Assembly: GCA_964016885.1 (NCBI GenBank)
Contig: OZ024747.1
Location: 6,882,001 to 6,946,000 of the forward strand
Length of the DNA: 64,000 nucleotides
Direction: 5' to 3'
Origin: Eledone cirrhosa
Lineage: Eukaryota
Shown: positions 22,301 through 31,788 of the stretch, piece after piece
Layout of the letters: every line of letters starts with the position of its first letter
Position numbering within the stretch: position 1 is the stretch's first letter
Made by a program: the position numbers and the translations under genes
The notes under the pieces: model-generated
Seen by the model: only the letters and a program-made list of their open reading frames with translations
What the model was told of the DNA's origin: nothing
Database searches by the model: none

Positions 22301-24765
22301 TCTAGGTCAGGCTGTACAGAAAGAGTCTAGGTCAGGCTGTACAGAAAGAGTCTAGGTCAGGCTGTACAGAAAGAGTCTAGGTCAGGCTGTAAAATAAATA
22401 TTTTAAAAAAAGACCTAAACCTAATGTTCAATGATATTCATCTGTTATATTTATTTATTTCATAACTTATTTTCCACGTAATCTTTCATCAGGAAAATTT
22501 ACAGCAGATTATGCTTGATGTGATGCAGTTGTCTGAATGTCTACGAGATAACGGAAGAACTGTTGCCTGCTCAGTGGTATGTAGTCACATCTTCTCTTAT
22601 TCTCTATCCATTTTCTGTGCTGGCATGGATTGGATGGTTCGTCATTGTTTGAGTCGGCGTCAGTTCTTAATTGAAGTTACTGCCCTCATTTAAAGCCTGC
22701 TTTTTCCAAGCTGGCATGGGTTGGGCTGGTTGTCTCTGGTCAAGTCAAAAGGATCGATCGACTTTCGTCAAATTCGACCGAGGAAACAATGTTTTTGTTG
22801 GTCTTTCCAGTTGCTAATACTATCTATCGGTCGCAACTCCAGGTAGAAGAAGCAACGTGAAATAAAGTGTCTTGCTCAAGTTGGTAATTACCATATATAC
22901 TCAATTATATGTGACCAAAACATAAATGGTTAAATGCCATCTAAAGGGGGGGGTTATGTTTGGATCAGCTTAGATTCGATAAATATGATAGTTGGAGTTG
23001 CCCTCTTCTCAGACTTGCCAAGGACCAGATCTCACATAAGTTTCAGTTCTGGCATGGTTTCTACAGCTAACTCACTCTTCTTAGCTCACACCATTTTACA
23101 GAGTGTGTACTGTGTGAATATTTTCATGCCACCCGTACTAGATGTTTGTATTATATTCTTTTAAGGTTAATGAAATACCATATACACTCAAATATAAGCC
23201 GTCCTTTCCTATTTTATGTCTGAGAAATGGGCAAACATCTTTTTTTGTTGGAGTCACATATTCCTTGGTTTATATTCAAGTATATACAGTAAGTATCAGT
23301 GAAAATATCAGGTTGATAGCTCACCTTGTGCATTTGTTAGAAATCTTCCATCTCCATTGTTTTTACATCTGCTCCTCCATGCTGGCATACATCAGGGCAG
23401 GACTTATGGGGCAGTATTTTACAGCCATACAGTATGTAAGGATACAGTATACCTAGTCTAAACTGAGATACACAACGCAATTATTATTAGTATCTTAAGA
23501 AAAAGCAACTAAAATTATGGGACAACCTAATATAAATTAACAAACATGTTTTTTAGATGGACATTTTCTGTTAAATCATTGAAGGATGTTAAGAGTTGAA
23601 ATGGGTGTGTTTGTGATTAAGTCATGTTGTTGTTTGTCACATTGTGTTGGTGTTTACTTCACTAAAATATTCTACCATCTCTCTTTATGTTTCAGGTAAA
23701 AAACAAATTGGTGATTCTCAGCAACAGATGGAAGATATTCTTGGAAACGGTAGGATTAACTCAGGTAAACATTAATTAATAATTATGTACATAATCACCA
23801 CCATAGTTCTCAGAGTGGTAAGGGCCATTCTTATTACTCTAATCAAGAATTTATTGTATATTGTGATTCAAAGCTGCTACTGCAACCACCACCGCCACCA
23901 TAAACACCATTACCACAAGAAGGGAGTCTGGTATGCATGGCCGATTGCTAGTCTTTCACAAAAGCACCTTGCCCTGCCTTGTGTCTCAGAGGGGAACTTT
24001 CTAGATTCAAATCCATGGACACTCAATATTACCCTGCCTTCTGTCTGAGGGGAACTTTCATCATCATCATTTTACGTCCGCTTGTCCCTGCTTGCAAGGG
24101 TGGGACGTGTCTTATTCAGCACAGCATCTCTCCACTTGTCACGGTCCTTCGTCATCTCCCCCGTGAACTTCAGCGATCTGAGGTCTGCTCTCACCACCTC
24201 CGCCCATGTTTTTCGTGGTCTTCCTCTACTGCGTCTTCCTTCTACTTGGATTTCTTGGTACTTCTTTACTCAGCGGTCATCCTCCATGCACATCACATGT
24301 CTATACATACCATCTCAGTCTTCTCTTCCGCACACCACAACTTATCCTTATACCCAGTTTCTCTCTCAACTCATCTATGCTTGGTCATTCATGCACATTG
24401 ACATTGCAAACTTCCTAGATTCCAACCCATGGTCATTTATAACGAAAGAGGTCCTACAAACTACTACCATCACTACCACTACTTCTACTCTTATTACTAT
24501 TGATCATAATCATAATATATTGTCTTAGGGTTTGCCCCACACCGCATTCATCCGTCCTACCTTCTTTCTCTTTCAGAAAAAACTATTTGCCTGGACACGT
24601 GTGGACGGACCCCAAGAATTTATTAAGAAGGAATCAGAAGGGATGGCAATCCATGAAGAGATTATATTATCAGACTCTGACAGTAGCATTGGCACTGATT
24701 CTGGTTCATTCTCAGACTGCAGTATATTCAGCCTGCCAGATATAGGGTTGGACACAACTTCTTAG
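190..24765 (+). CDS. SLF2: Multi-exon gene, SMC5-SMC6 complex localization factor 2-like (SLF2/FAM178 family); 5' part lies upstream of the window
   Basis: Hand-spliced AG/GT exons with consistent phases: 190-236 (tentative), 1025-1141, 1598-1649, 3042-3072, 8313-8402, 8844-8876, 10133-10190, 10411-10448, 11142-11304, 11673-11774, 12532-12675, 13711-13768, 15407-15619, 16820-16897, 17210-17288, 19818-19997, 20668-20796, 22493-22576, 23696-23764, 24577-24765 (TAG). About 650 aa with no stops. The peptides LRWLFFLMSIHKD, WAPDIADILRIFINYG, DPHNMLFLTQTLP..ELRQRL and VKNKLVILSNRWKIF occur in the order I recall for the vertebrate SLF2 C-terminal domain (WLFRMMSVHTD, WIPSLSDVAAVFFNMG, HPHNLLWLVQLVP..QLRQCL, VKDLVARIHGKWQ). 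Recognition is from memory, not a search. Confidence 0.85.
372..556 (-). mobile_element. tRNA-derived SINE (family A), antisense copy
   Basis: Reverse complement of 37193-37380; same family at 19456-19640 and 42792-42970. Confidence 0.8.
1025..1141 (+). CDS. SLF2: SLF2-like exon, Ser/Thr-rich
   Basis: tttacag / gtagat; phase 1-1; TSSDISTHALSTLSQSIVTNNSPTMTSTSKCQTTISTE. Confidence 0.7.
1598..1649 (+). CDS. SLF2: SLF2-like exon
   Basis: ttccag / gtaagt; phase 1-2; DDHIRDDNSILSISDDSG. Confidence 0.7.
3042..3072 (+). CDS. SLF2: SLF2-like 31-nt micro-exon
   Basis: tttcag / gtatgt; phase 2-0, required to join the flanking exons; ILQSQLDKCE. Confidence 0.65.
3322..6590 (+). mobile_element. RTE-clade LINE, near full length, inactivated by several frameshifts; intronic, sense to SLF2
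   Basis: APE endonuclease motifs IGYWNIRTL, ILGLSEVHW, IIMGDMNAQIG, QIDHIAI and SDHY; RT motifs QAGFR, GVRQDCSLSP, DLDFADD and FTYLGS; RTE-type C-terminus RRLGWFGH..GSRRRGRP. The ORF is split over 3497-3952, 3931-4251, 4136-5293, 5208-5651 and 5620-6534. GC-rich relative to the flanks. Confidence 0.95.
8050..8259. mobile_element. piggyBac-type MITE (TTAA-CCC...GGG-TTAA family), degenerate copy
   Basis: Colinear with 38049-38279; termini ttaactctttagtattta ... taaatgctgaagggctaa. Confidence 0.75.
8313..8402 (+). CDS. SLF2: SLF2-like exon
   Basis: ctgcag / gtaaac; LKDSGVRLDVKPKNTITLTLDVLVADKIQQ. Confidence 0.75.
8844..8876 (+). CDS. SLF2: SLF2-like 33-nt exon
   Basis: tgttag / gtatgt; DELDRMNKELQ. 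Confidence 0.75.
9062..9330 (+). mobile_element. tRNA-derived SINE (family B)
   Basis: Head gcgtggcctagtagttaagg (A box) ... gggttcaattcc (B box); antisense relative at 52960-53232. Confidence 0.6.
9845..10105. repeat. 42-bp minisatellite, about 6 copies
   Basis: Unit cacatcaccaccatgtattcacacttcactacaacactacta. Confidence 0.9.
10133..10190 (+). CDS. SLF2: SLF2-like exon
   Basis: tttcag / gtgagt; ADLECGGVSNMLAELSEPC. Confidence 0.75.
10411..10448 (+). CDS. SLF2: SLF2-like exon
   Basis: ccttag / gtaaat; DGMLPEHKKTLEK. Confidence 0.75.
11142..11304 (+). CDS. SLF2: SLF2-like exon
   Basis: tttcag / gtaaga; LSNFPQHNINELPPWETLFEASNYCCLFNSD... Confidence 0.8.
11673..11774 (+). CDS. SLF2: SLF2-like exon
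   Basis: ttacag / gtaaga; GTEQLEFILKSDILRIVWYAVSNKNLVLRWLFFL. Confidence 0.8.
12532..12675 (+). CDS. SLF2: SLF2-like exon
   Basis: ttgcag / gtgagt; MSIHKDVSVSEACYQII...WAPDIADILRIFINY. Confidence 0.85.
13711..13768 (+). CDS. SLF2: SLF2-like exon
   Basis: ctttag / gtaagt; GAPVHDLVPNQTFLQSLPLG. Confidence 0.8.
13827..15086. mobile_element. piggyBac-type MITE copy (inverted) interrupted by a Helitron
   Basis: ttaaccctttagcattta at 13827 and taaatactaaagggttaa ending at 15086; arms match the reverse complement of 38049-38279. Confidence 0.8.
13946..15024 (-). mobile_element. Internally deleted, non-autonomous Helitron
   Basis: Minus strand starts A|TCTATACTATAAAG (Helitron-type 5' TC end). 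It encodes LLFEVRGPQSFQDLRIING..LILQEAATAKVPSQLRKLFAIML (RepHel linker) and FSHGQLYVGCSRVSSPNNLFIFAPERRTKNIVYSEAL (PIF1-type helicase C-terminus). The 3' end is degenerate, so that boundary is approximate. Confidence 0.85.
15407..15619 (+). CDS. SLF2: SLF2-like exon
   Basis: cctcag / gtgagt; phase 2-2; ALQTPINTNCKQ...FNTTGLVYVLSVLSFVLDS. Confidence 0.8.
16410..16740 (-). mobile_element. Decayed RTE/Rex3-like LINE 3' fragment
   Basis: Minus strand reads TYG..L..MT.R...QVAEMG-like; related to 54056-54355. Confidence 0.5.
16820..16897 (+). CDS. SLF2: SLF2-like exon
   Basis: ctgcag / gtaagt; RPNYTTDQLSALFLMLCKIRLDIHIAT. Confidence 0.85.
17210..17288 (+). CDS. SLF2: SLF2-like exon
   Basis: acaaag / gtaagt; DPLVKNLQSVLSRIIQKYPNTEWPET. 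Confidence 0.8.
17581..18316. repeat. 59-61-bp minisatellite, about 12 copies, derived from a LINE 3' end
   Basis: Unit tgtcataaggttcagcttcaccacttcatatcatcaatcccctacagtcctttgtcacc; runs directly into the RTE relic at 18317-18590. Confidence 0.9.
19456..19640 (-). mobile_element. tRNA-derived SINE (family A), antisense copy
   Basis: Colinear with 372-556. Confidence 0.8.
19818..19997 (+). CDS. SLF2: SLF2-like exon
   Basis: ttccag / gtgagt; AINLSIDLATLTRDPHNMLFLTQTLPHCQHSVELRQRLATLQLYLI... Confidence 0.85.
20211..20408. repeat. 33-bp minisatellite, 6 copies
   Basis: Unit tgtatactgtgtgtgtgtctaagggcaccctgt. Confidence 0.9.
20668..20796 (+). CDS. SLF2: SLF2-like exon
   Basis: tttcag / gtaaac; ISQLFCLFPHLKSFAQNKLSTLSITVDLLSIAVGG... 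Confidence 0.8.
21752..22390. repeat. 24/25-bp minisatellite, about 26 copies
   Basis: Unit tacagaa(a)gagtctaggtcaggctg. Confidence 0.95.
22493..22576 (+). CDS. SLF2: SLF2-like exon
   Basis: catcag / gtatgt; ENLQQIMLDVMQLSECLRDNGRTVACSV. Confidence 0.8.
23696..23764 (+). CDS. SLF2: SLF2-like exon
   Basis: tttcag / gtaaac; VKNKLVILSNRWKIFLETVGLTQ. Confidence 0.8.
24060..24410 (-). mobile_element. 5'-truncated RTE-type LINE 3' end
   Basis: Tail gcggacgtaaaatgatgatga shared with 2690-2780 and 31230-31570; R.RGRPRKTW coding remnant. Confidence 0.65.
24577..24765 (+). CDS. SLF2: SLF2-like terminal coding exon with acidic Ser/Asp tail
   Basis: ctttcag acceptor; KKLFAWTRVDG...EEIILSDSDSSIGTDSGSFSD...DTTS*. 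Confidence 0.75.
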   Translation, partial: KKLFAWTRVDGPQEFIKKESEGMAIHEEIILSDSDSSIGTDSGSFSDCSIFSLPDIGLDTTS

Positions 24766-25304
24766 TTTTTTAGGTTTTTTTTTGCTGTTAATTTCTTTTC
24801 ATCCTTGTATACATTTTTACATTTTTTCCCTATCTTTTTTTTAAAGTCTTTCTGTATTTTGATGTTTTTATTATTTTATTTTATTTTTTTATTTTTCTAG
24901 TATTTATTTTGTATTTTAAAAAAATATATTTTATATATTTGTATCTTTTTTTTTTTCATTTAAGTTCTCTTTTACTTAATCTGTTTTTATATTTATATAT
25001 GTATATATATATATTTATATGTATATATATATATGTGTGTGTGTGTGTGTATACATTTTGTTGGCTGCTTTATATTATATTTATTGACTTCTGATTGCTT
25101 TTGGTGCTGATGACGTCACAAGTCACATGACACCCTCATGTGACACACTAGCTTTGTCTCCCAATAAGGAATAGAAAGAAATGAAGAAAACAAAATCACC
25201 TGGCAAATATTTTATCTATTTGTCTATCTTGTAACATTCCATTATTAACATAGCTGTTAAATGTGCTACTCTCAGTCTTATAAGCCTTTATTTTCACTGT
25301 AATG

Positions 25305-26045
25305 TTACCATCTGATATCATTACATTACCATCTGATAACATTACAATACCATCTGATATCAATAACATTACCATCTGATATCAGTTACATTATCAACTG
25401 ATATCAGTTACATTACCATCTGATATCAGTTACATTATCAACTGATATCAGTTACATTATCAACTGATATCAGTTACATTATCAACTGATATCAGTTACA
25501 TTATCAACTGATATCAGTTACATTACCATCTGATATCAGTTACATTATCAACTGATATCAGTTACATTATCAACTGATATCAGTTACATTACCATCTGAT
25601 ATCAGTTACATTATCAACTGATATCAATTACATTACCAACTGATATCAATTACAATACCATCTGATATCAATAACATTACCAACTGATACCAGTTACTTT
25701 ACCATCTGATATCAGTTACATTACCGTCTGATATCAGTTACTTTACATCTGATATTGGTTACATTATCACCTGATATCGGTTACATTACCATCTGATATC
25801 AATAACATTACCATCTGATATCAATAACATTACCATCTGATATCAGTAACTTTATCATCTGATATCGGTTACATTACCATCTGATATCATTACATTACCA
25901 TCTGATATCATTACATTACCATCTGATATCATTACATAACCATCTGATATCAGTTACTTTATCATTTGATATCACTTACATTACCATCTGATATCACTTA
26001 CATTACCATCTGATATCAATAACATTACCATGTGATATTGATAAC
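25305..26045. repeat. 21/22-bp minisatellite with palindromic core (a/t)ctgatatcag
   Basis: Unit ttacatta(c/t)ca(t/a)ctgatatcag, more than 30 copies. Confidence 0.95.
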
Positions 26046-26054
26046 ATACCATCC

Positions 26055-26499
26055 ACACACAGTCTATATCATTACCACACAGTCTATATCATTACCACAC
26101 AGTCTATATCATTACCACACACAGTCTATATCATTACCACACAGTCTATATCATTACCACACACAGTCTGTATCATTACCACACACAGTCTATATCATTA
26201 CCACACACAGTCTATATCATTACCACACAGTCTATATCATTACCACACACAGTCTGTATCATTACCACACACAGTCTATATCATTACCACACAGTCTATA
26301 TCATTACCACACACAGTCTATATCATTACCACACACAGTCTATATCATTATCACACACAGTCTATATCATTACCACACAGTCTATATCATTACCACACAG
26401 TCTATATCATTATCACACACAATCTGTATCATTACCACACACAGTCTATATCATTACCACACAGTCTATATCATTACCACACAGTCTATATCATTACCA
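26055..26499. repeat. 21/23-bp minisatellite
   Basis: Unit cagtctatatcattaccaca(ca), about 20 copies. Confidence 0.95.
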
Positions 26500-26889
26500 T
26501 GACCTATATTGCTGTTCTGATTTTAAAACTGCTTAACTATTACATATACATATACACACTGCTTCCATCTTTTCACAGAAACATACATATTGTATATCCT
26601 ATCAACATTATTTTCTTTGTTAACTGAAAGAATATATCATCAGCTCAAGATAATGACAAGCTTCCTTAAATTGTAAATACATTTAAGCCTACAAGTAAAA
26701 AAACATAATCTGTAGATTATCCTTGAAAAGTGTGAGAATGCCACTTGTTTTATTGACTGAAATGATTTATTAAAGATATTAATTTATTTTTGTTAAGGAA
26801 AAAGAAAAATTCAAAATTTCAGTGCATTTTGGGGAACAAATTAGCTTTTGGGGATTTCTAAAAATCATTATTGTTTTTTATTATAAGAA

Positions 26890-28358
26890 AATTATTTTCC
26901 TTGCTTTTTTTTTTTTGCTCTCCAAAATCTTTTAGAATTTTGTTTAAGTTTAAACAACTGCTAACTTCAAATTCAATGGACATGATTGTTAAACTGTTCA
27001 AATGTTCTTACTGAATTCTTGAGTAAGTTTTGATCAGTTACAGCTTGGAAAAACTACTTTCTCCAGATCCCATAGTCACAGGGATTGCCAAGAAAATCTG
27101 AAGAGCAATAAATTTGGAAATGTAATTGGCCTGTTGTTACAAACCAAGAATTCAAGTATTTTCATGGGATTTTGAATATCTGGAAGAATTGCTTTAGTGC
27201 CTCCATTTCCTCACAAAGCATGTTTAAGCCTTTATCAGCTTCAATTCTGTCAATGTCACTTCCAGCATATTGTTTTAATGGTATTTTTAGGCAGGTCCTG
27301 AAAATTCTATCAGAATCCCCAAAAATGTTATACTTTTTCAGTTGTTCAAACCATGGCTCAAGTGTTTGCAACACTTTATCTACCACTTGATTAAAGCATT
27401 GTGCTCTAATGGCTATTTTTAGATCTGGCAGTGGTTTTTCTGTAGCTTCATAATCAAATAATTTTCTTTGTCTTGAGTATGCACTTACTCTGAATCTTGA
27501 ATAGAGGCTCAACTTCTGTATCTTTAGAAAGTTCTCTTAACCTCAATCAAGGCTTTATTAAAACTTTTTTGTCTGTGTGTCTTCTTGAATTAAGAAAACC
27601 CTGTAGCAACATCATGGTATCACTTTAAAGTTACTTACTTGAAAGAGTAAGGAGTGCAAAAAAACCAAGACCAGAAAATTGTAGTTTTTCATTTGACTGA
27701 CAAACAATTTAGTATCTCTTTTTGTTTGAGTCTCATCAGTGTTTTCTGCTAACTCTTCTAGTGCATTACAAACTTCAGCAGCTTTATAACTGTTCATTCT
27801 ACATTCCCATTTTGTTTCAGAATAGGGTTTTACAGACATACCTGTCTTGTTTTCTAAATACAATCCATCTTTAAGTAGATGATGTAAAAAGTGTGTAAAT
27901 ACTCAGCAGAGTTCCAAAGAAAGTCATTGCCACTGGACATGTCTTGGCCATATCTTCCAAAACTAGGTTGCAGTTGTGACTTATGTGTGGTGTAAAGAAA
28001 GTTGTTAAATTCTGTAGAAGTCGTACCTGCATACCTGAGATGAGTCCCTTTGTATTGGCACCATCATCATACCCTTGTCCACAAATATTTTCACCATCCA
28101 ACCCTAATGTTTCAAGTTCATGTAGAACAGTACTGTACAATTTTCACCAGAGCTACTATTCTCCATTAAAGACCTGATGAAATGTTCAAATATTCCTGTT
28201 GGAGTATTTGATTGTACACCATCAACTACATATCTAATTGCCATTGACATTTGCTCCTGATTACTGACGTCAGGTGTAAAGTCAGGAATTACTGCAAAAT
28301 ACTGACCCATTACTGATTGAGTCAAATAAATCTCTTTTATGTACTTCTTAAACACCAC
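26890..28358 (-). mobile_element. Decayed hAT-superfamily transposase (pseudogenised)
   Basis: Fragments YFAVIPDFTPDVSNQEQMSMAIRYV, ICGQGYDDGANTKG, HNCNLVLEDMAKTC..FFG, VKPYSETKWECR and the dimerisation motif IALQIFLAIPVTMGSGESSFSKL; many stops and frameshifts. Confidence 0.85.
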
Positions 28359-30460
28359 AGTGCTTTCTGGACATCACAGTTGCAGTGTCCTAAGCCTGTC
28401 CTCTACAATTAGTAATATCAATCTTCTGCTTGTTAAGTTTCTCTAAAATCATATTTGAAATGTACTCTGCTATCTTTTTGTTTCTATGAAACAAATAAAC
28501 CGCATTCTTACTGGACCCTTCAATCAAAACATAGCAAAACACTTGACTGGTTTATTCCATGTGAGATAAATCTGCCGTGCTATCAAAGGTCATTTAGCCT
28601 GTTTAACTATTTTCTTTCTCTGAGAATGGTAATAAATATTTAGCTGTGTTGTGTGTGATTGAAGTTAGAGAAAGCGATCTTTCCAAAGTATCAAAATTCA
28701 AGACCAAAAAAGACAAACTGACAAACATAGTTTGTTTTAAACTAAGCTATTCATTTCTAACCGTGGAATTCAATGAAACCATTATATTATTTTGCAGAAA
28801 TATAATCATAAACATGAAAAAGTGTATTTTGTTGTGATGTATTAATGTGTTTAGATATGGTGGAATTTTTGAGATACATTGAATGCATGTGCAGAAAGGT
28901 TAAGAAATTACTAACCTCCTAAACCATGCATAATTTTCTCCTATTCCTCACTGCTTTGTAACCAACTCGATACTGCACACACTTAGTAAATCTTCTTCCA
29001 AATTATTCCCTTCCACTCCTTCAGGCTCACCACTATGTACATAAACTCGTTAAAGAAGTCAATAGTTAATTGGTAAAAGCAGTCAATAGTTAATTGGTAA
29101 AATCAGTCATTAATTTATAATTGGAAGAATGGATATAAAGCGGTGATGATGAAATTTATAAAAGAGAAATATTTGAAGATGTTCGCTACTAAACCCTAAA
29201 TTAATGTAAAGCTGCCATTAACTGATGGTTATAAAAGATAAACCACTGTTTTAAGTGTAGACTATGAGAGGACAGTTTCCATTGATAATGGAACATAAGT
29301 AGACTGGGAAAGGAGATTTATAAAAGAAGCATATCTATGAATGAAAAGAAATACCTTAAATGTATTTATTAGGATTGTTCTTTTATATCCATTACAATAA
29401 GGAACAGATTCTGCCTGATCAGTTTGTAAATATGAACATTTAATTACTGTTGCACTGTTCGCTTTATTATGGAAAATTAAAATTGTTACAATTATTATTA
29501 TTGTTGTTGTTGTTGTTGTTTTCTAGTTTCCTTTTACACTTATAAAATAGTAATGTGAAAAAAATATATTAAAAAACCTTTTCGATATTAACCTGCTTGA
29601 TATTTTGATTTCATGATACAAAAATATTTGTTTTAAAATGTTCATATGTAGATAAAAGCCTCCTGTCATTAGCTAGAGTTTGGAACATAACATGGCAGAT
29701 ATGTTCCAAACACCAGCTTAATAATGGTTTCTGACTTAGACTCAGGGCCAACAATTTTGATTAAATCAACCCCAATGCAGTATTGGTACTTTATATTTTC
29801 AAATGATTTGAATTGGGACTTTTTTTTTTTTTTTACTGAACTTTGCTTCTTTTTTTTTTTTTTTTTAATTCAAATTTGTTCTGATAATTTATTCTCCCCC
29901 CCTTTTTTAAATTTCATTATGAAAATGTTTTAGTTTTATCAGTTTGTGACTTGAGGTTAGAAAAAATTATCTTCAAAGTTCCCCTTAGTATTTGTTCATT
30001 GACTTCAAGTCTCCCCCCTCACCTCCCTAGTTAAAGGCTGGGTTATTATTTCATCTCAGCTCAACTAAGATCCTTGTTGGATCACTGCTCATATTTGTGA
30101 GACAGTGATACTGCTATACACACAAGCACACATACACTTCAGCACCCAAAACAAAGCCCTTTTAATTAATTGGCAAAGATTTACTAACCAACAGGCTTCA
30201 ATCATTTACTGATGCATTGTTTCATCTCCCTCTCTCTATCACTACTACAATGGCCTCTGCTCCTCTGAATTAGTCACCAAATATCATTCGTGTGTCAATG
30301 TTAACAAATTTAACATTAACCATCAAACCTACTGATAGATATTTAATGTGAGGTGGTCGTGCTGGTGATAACAAAAAGCGTCGAAGTCCACCCTATAAGG
30401 TCGTTGTGTTGTTGACACAACAAAAAGCACCCAGTCCAACTTGTTTAGGTAGTCGTTGTG

Positions 30461-30680
30461 CACACTAGATGTATGCTTCAGCTTGTGCTGATGGGAGGTG
30501 AGGGTGGTGCACTAGATGTATGCTTCAGCTTGTGCTGATGGGAGGTGTATGGAAGAGTGGGGTGGAGGTGAGGGTGGTGCACTAGATGTATGCTTCAGCT
30601 TGTGCTGATGGGAGGTGTATGGAAGAGTGGGGTGAGGGTGGTGCACTATATGTATGCTTCAGCTTCAGCCTGTGCTCATG
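30461..30680. repeat. Imperfect tandem repeat, 4 copies
   Basis: Core cactagatgtatgcttcagcttgtgctgatgggaggt. Confidence 0.8.
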
Positions 30681-30719
30681 GGAACGTGGGTCTTATATAT
30701 AGAGAGAAAGATGTGCAGG

Positions 30720-31570
30720 TGTTTTCATCAAGCCCAGTCCTCTCCCATGTATTATAGTTCTCCAGGTCATGATATAAATTTTAAAGATTAACTGTCCACG
30801 GGAAATGTTGTAGGCTGATGTCCTGGTTCTTATAGCTGAATATGTGGAAGAGCTTGAGAAGAAATTCCTCTTGTGGAAACAGAACTTTAATAAGTAGGAA
30901 AGAGGACAAAACTCGGATTCCATCAGGGAAATGGCCATGCTCAATATGTAGAAAAGCAGTAGGTGAGAACTCTATAGAATATACACAATATAAAGTATCG
31001 GTACACAAGAAGTGTAATGGGATAGTTGTCAGGGTAACAGAAAAGATAGATTTTTGCATGTGGCAGATGCATAGGGAAAGTTGATAGTAAGAACCCAGTA
31101 GCTAGAATAAAAACAAGTTGGAAAAGGTTCAATGAGTTACTACCTCTGTTGACAACAAAGGGATATTCTCTTTGATTGTATGATCGTGTGAGATGTTGCA
31201 CGACAGTGAGACGGGGCAACAAATACAGAGGATATACGAAGGCTGGGGAGGAATGAAGCTAGCATGCTCTGTTGGGTGTGCATGAACGACGGGACTGAGA
31301 GAAAAAGTAGATATAAAAGGAATCGTGTAGTGTGCAAGCAAGATGTCTGCGTTAGTATGGGCATGTGATGCGTAATGGATGATGAACGCTGAGTGAAGAG
31401 TTGCCAGGAGATACCAATGGAAAGAAGTTGCAGTAGAGGAAGACCGAGGAAAATCTAGAGAGAGAGAGAGGAAGTGATGAAGGAATGCTGCGTGTAGAGG
31501 GTGGTTGGGCTGGAAAGGACCCATGCAACCTTTGCAAACGGCGAAAAGCGGACGTAAAATGATGACAACG
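30720..31570 (+). mobile_element. Old RTE-type LINE relics
   Basis: SPLP.IIVLQ, P.EML*ADVLV and PSGKWPCSICRK remnants, colinear with 48700-49760. Confidence 0.6.
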
Positions 31571-31750
31571 ATAATGTGTGCGCGTATGTATGTGAGTATG
31601 GGTTGAACTTTCCAGAACTCAGACATGAAGTTAGGAACGCTATTGTTTCAAACTAATATGAAATATGAAAAATCTTTAATAAAACAGATCATACTTGAAT
31701 GCAGTCGTGTTTGAAAGAAAAGCTGTTCCTCATTCACCACGCACAAACAT

Positions 31751-31788
<38 letters not shown>

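Noticed and set aside
25105-25150. CTGATGA as a hammerhead core
   Set aside because: No stem II followed by GAAA
17581-26499. Tandem arrays as CRISPR-like loci
   Set aside because: No unique spacers, no cas genes, eukaryotic context
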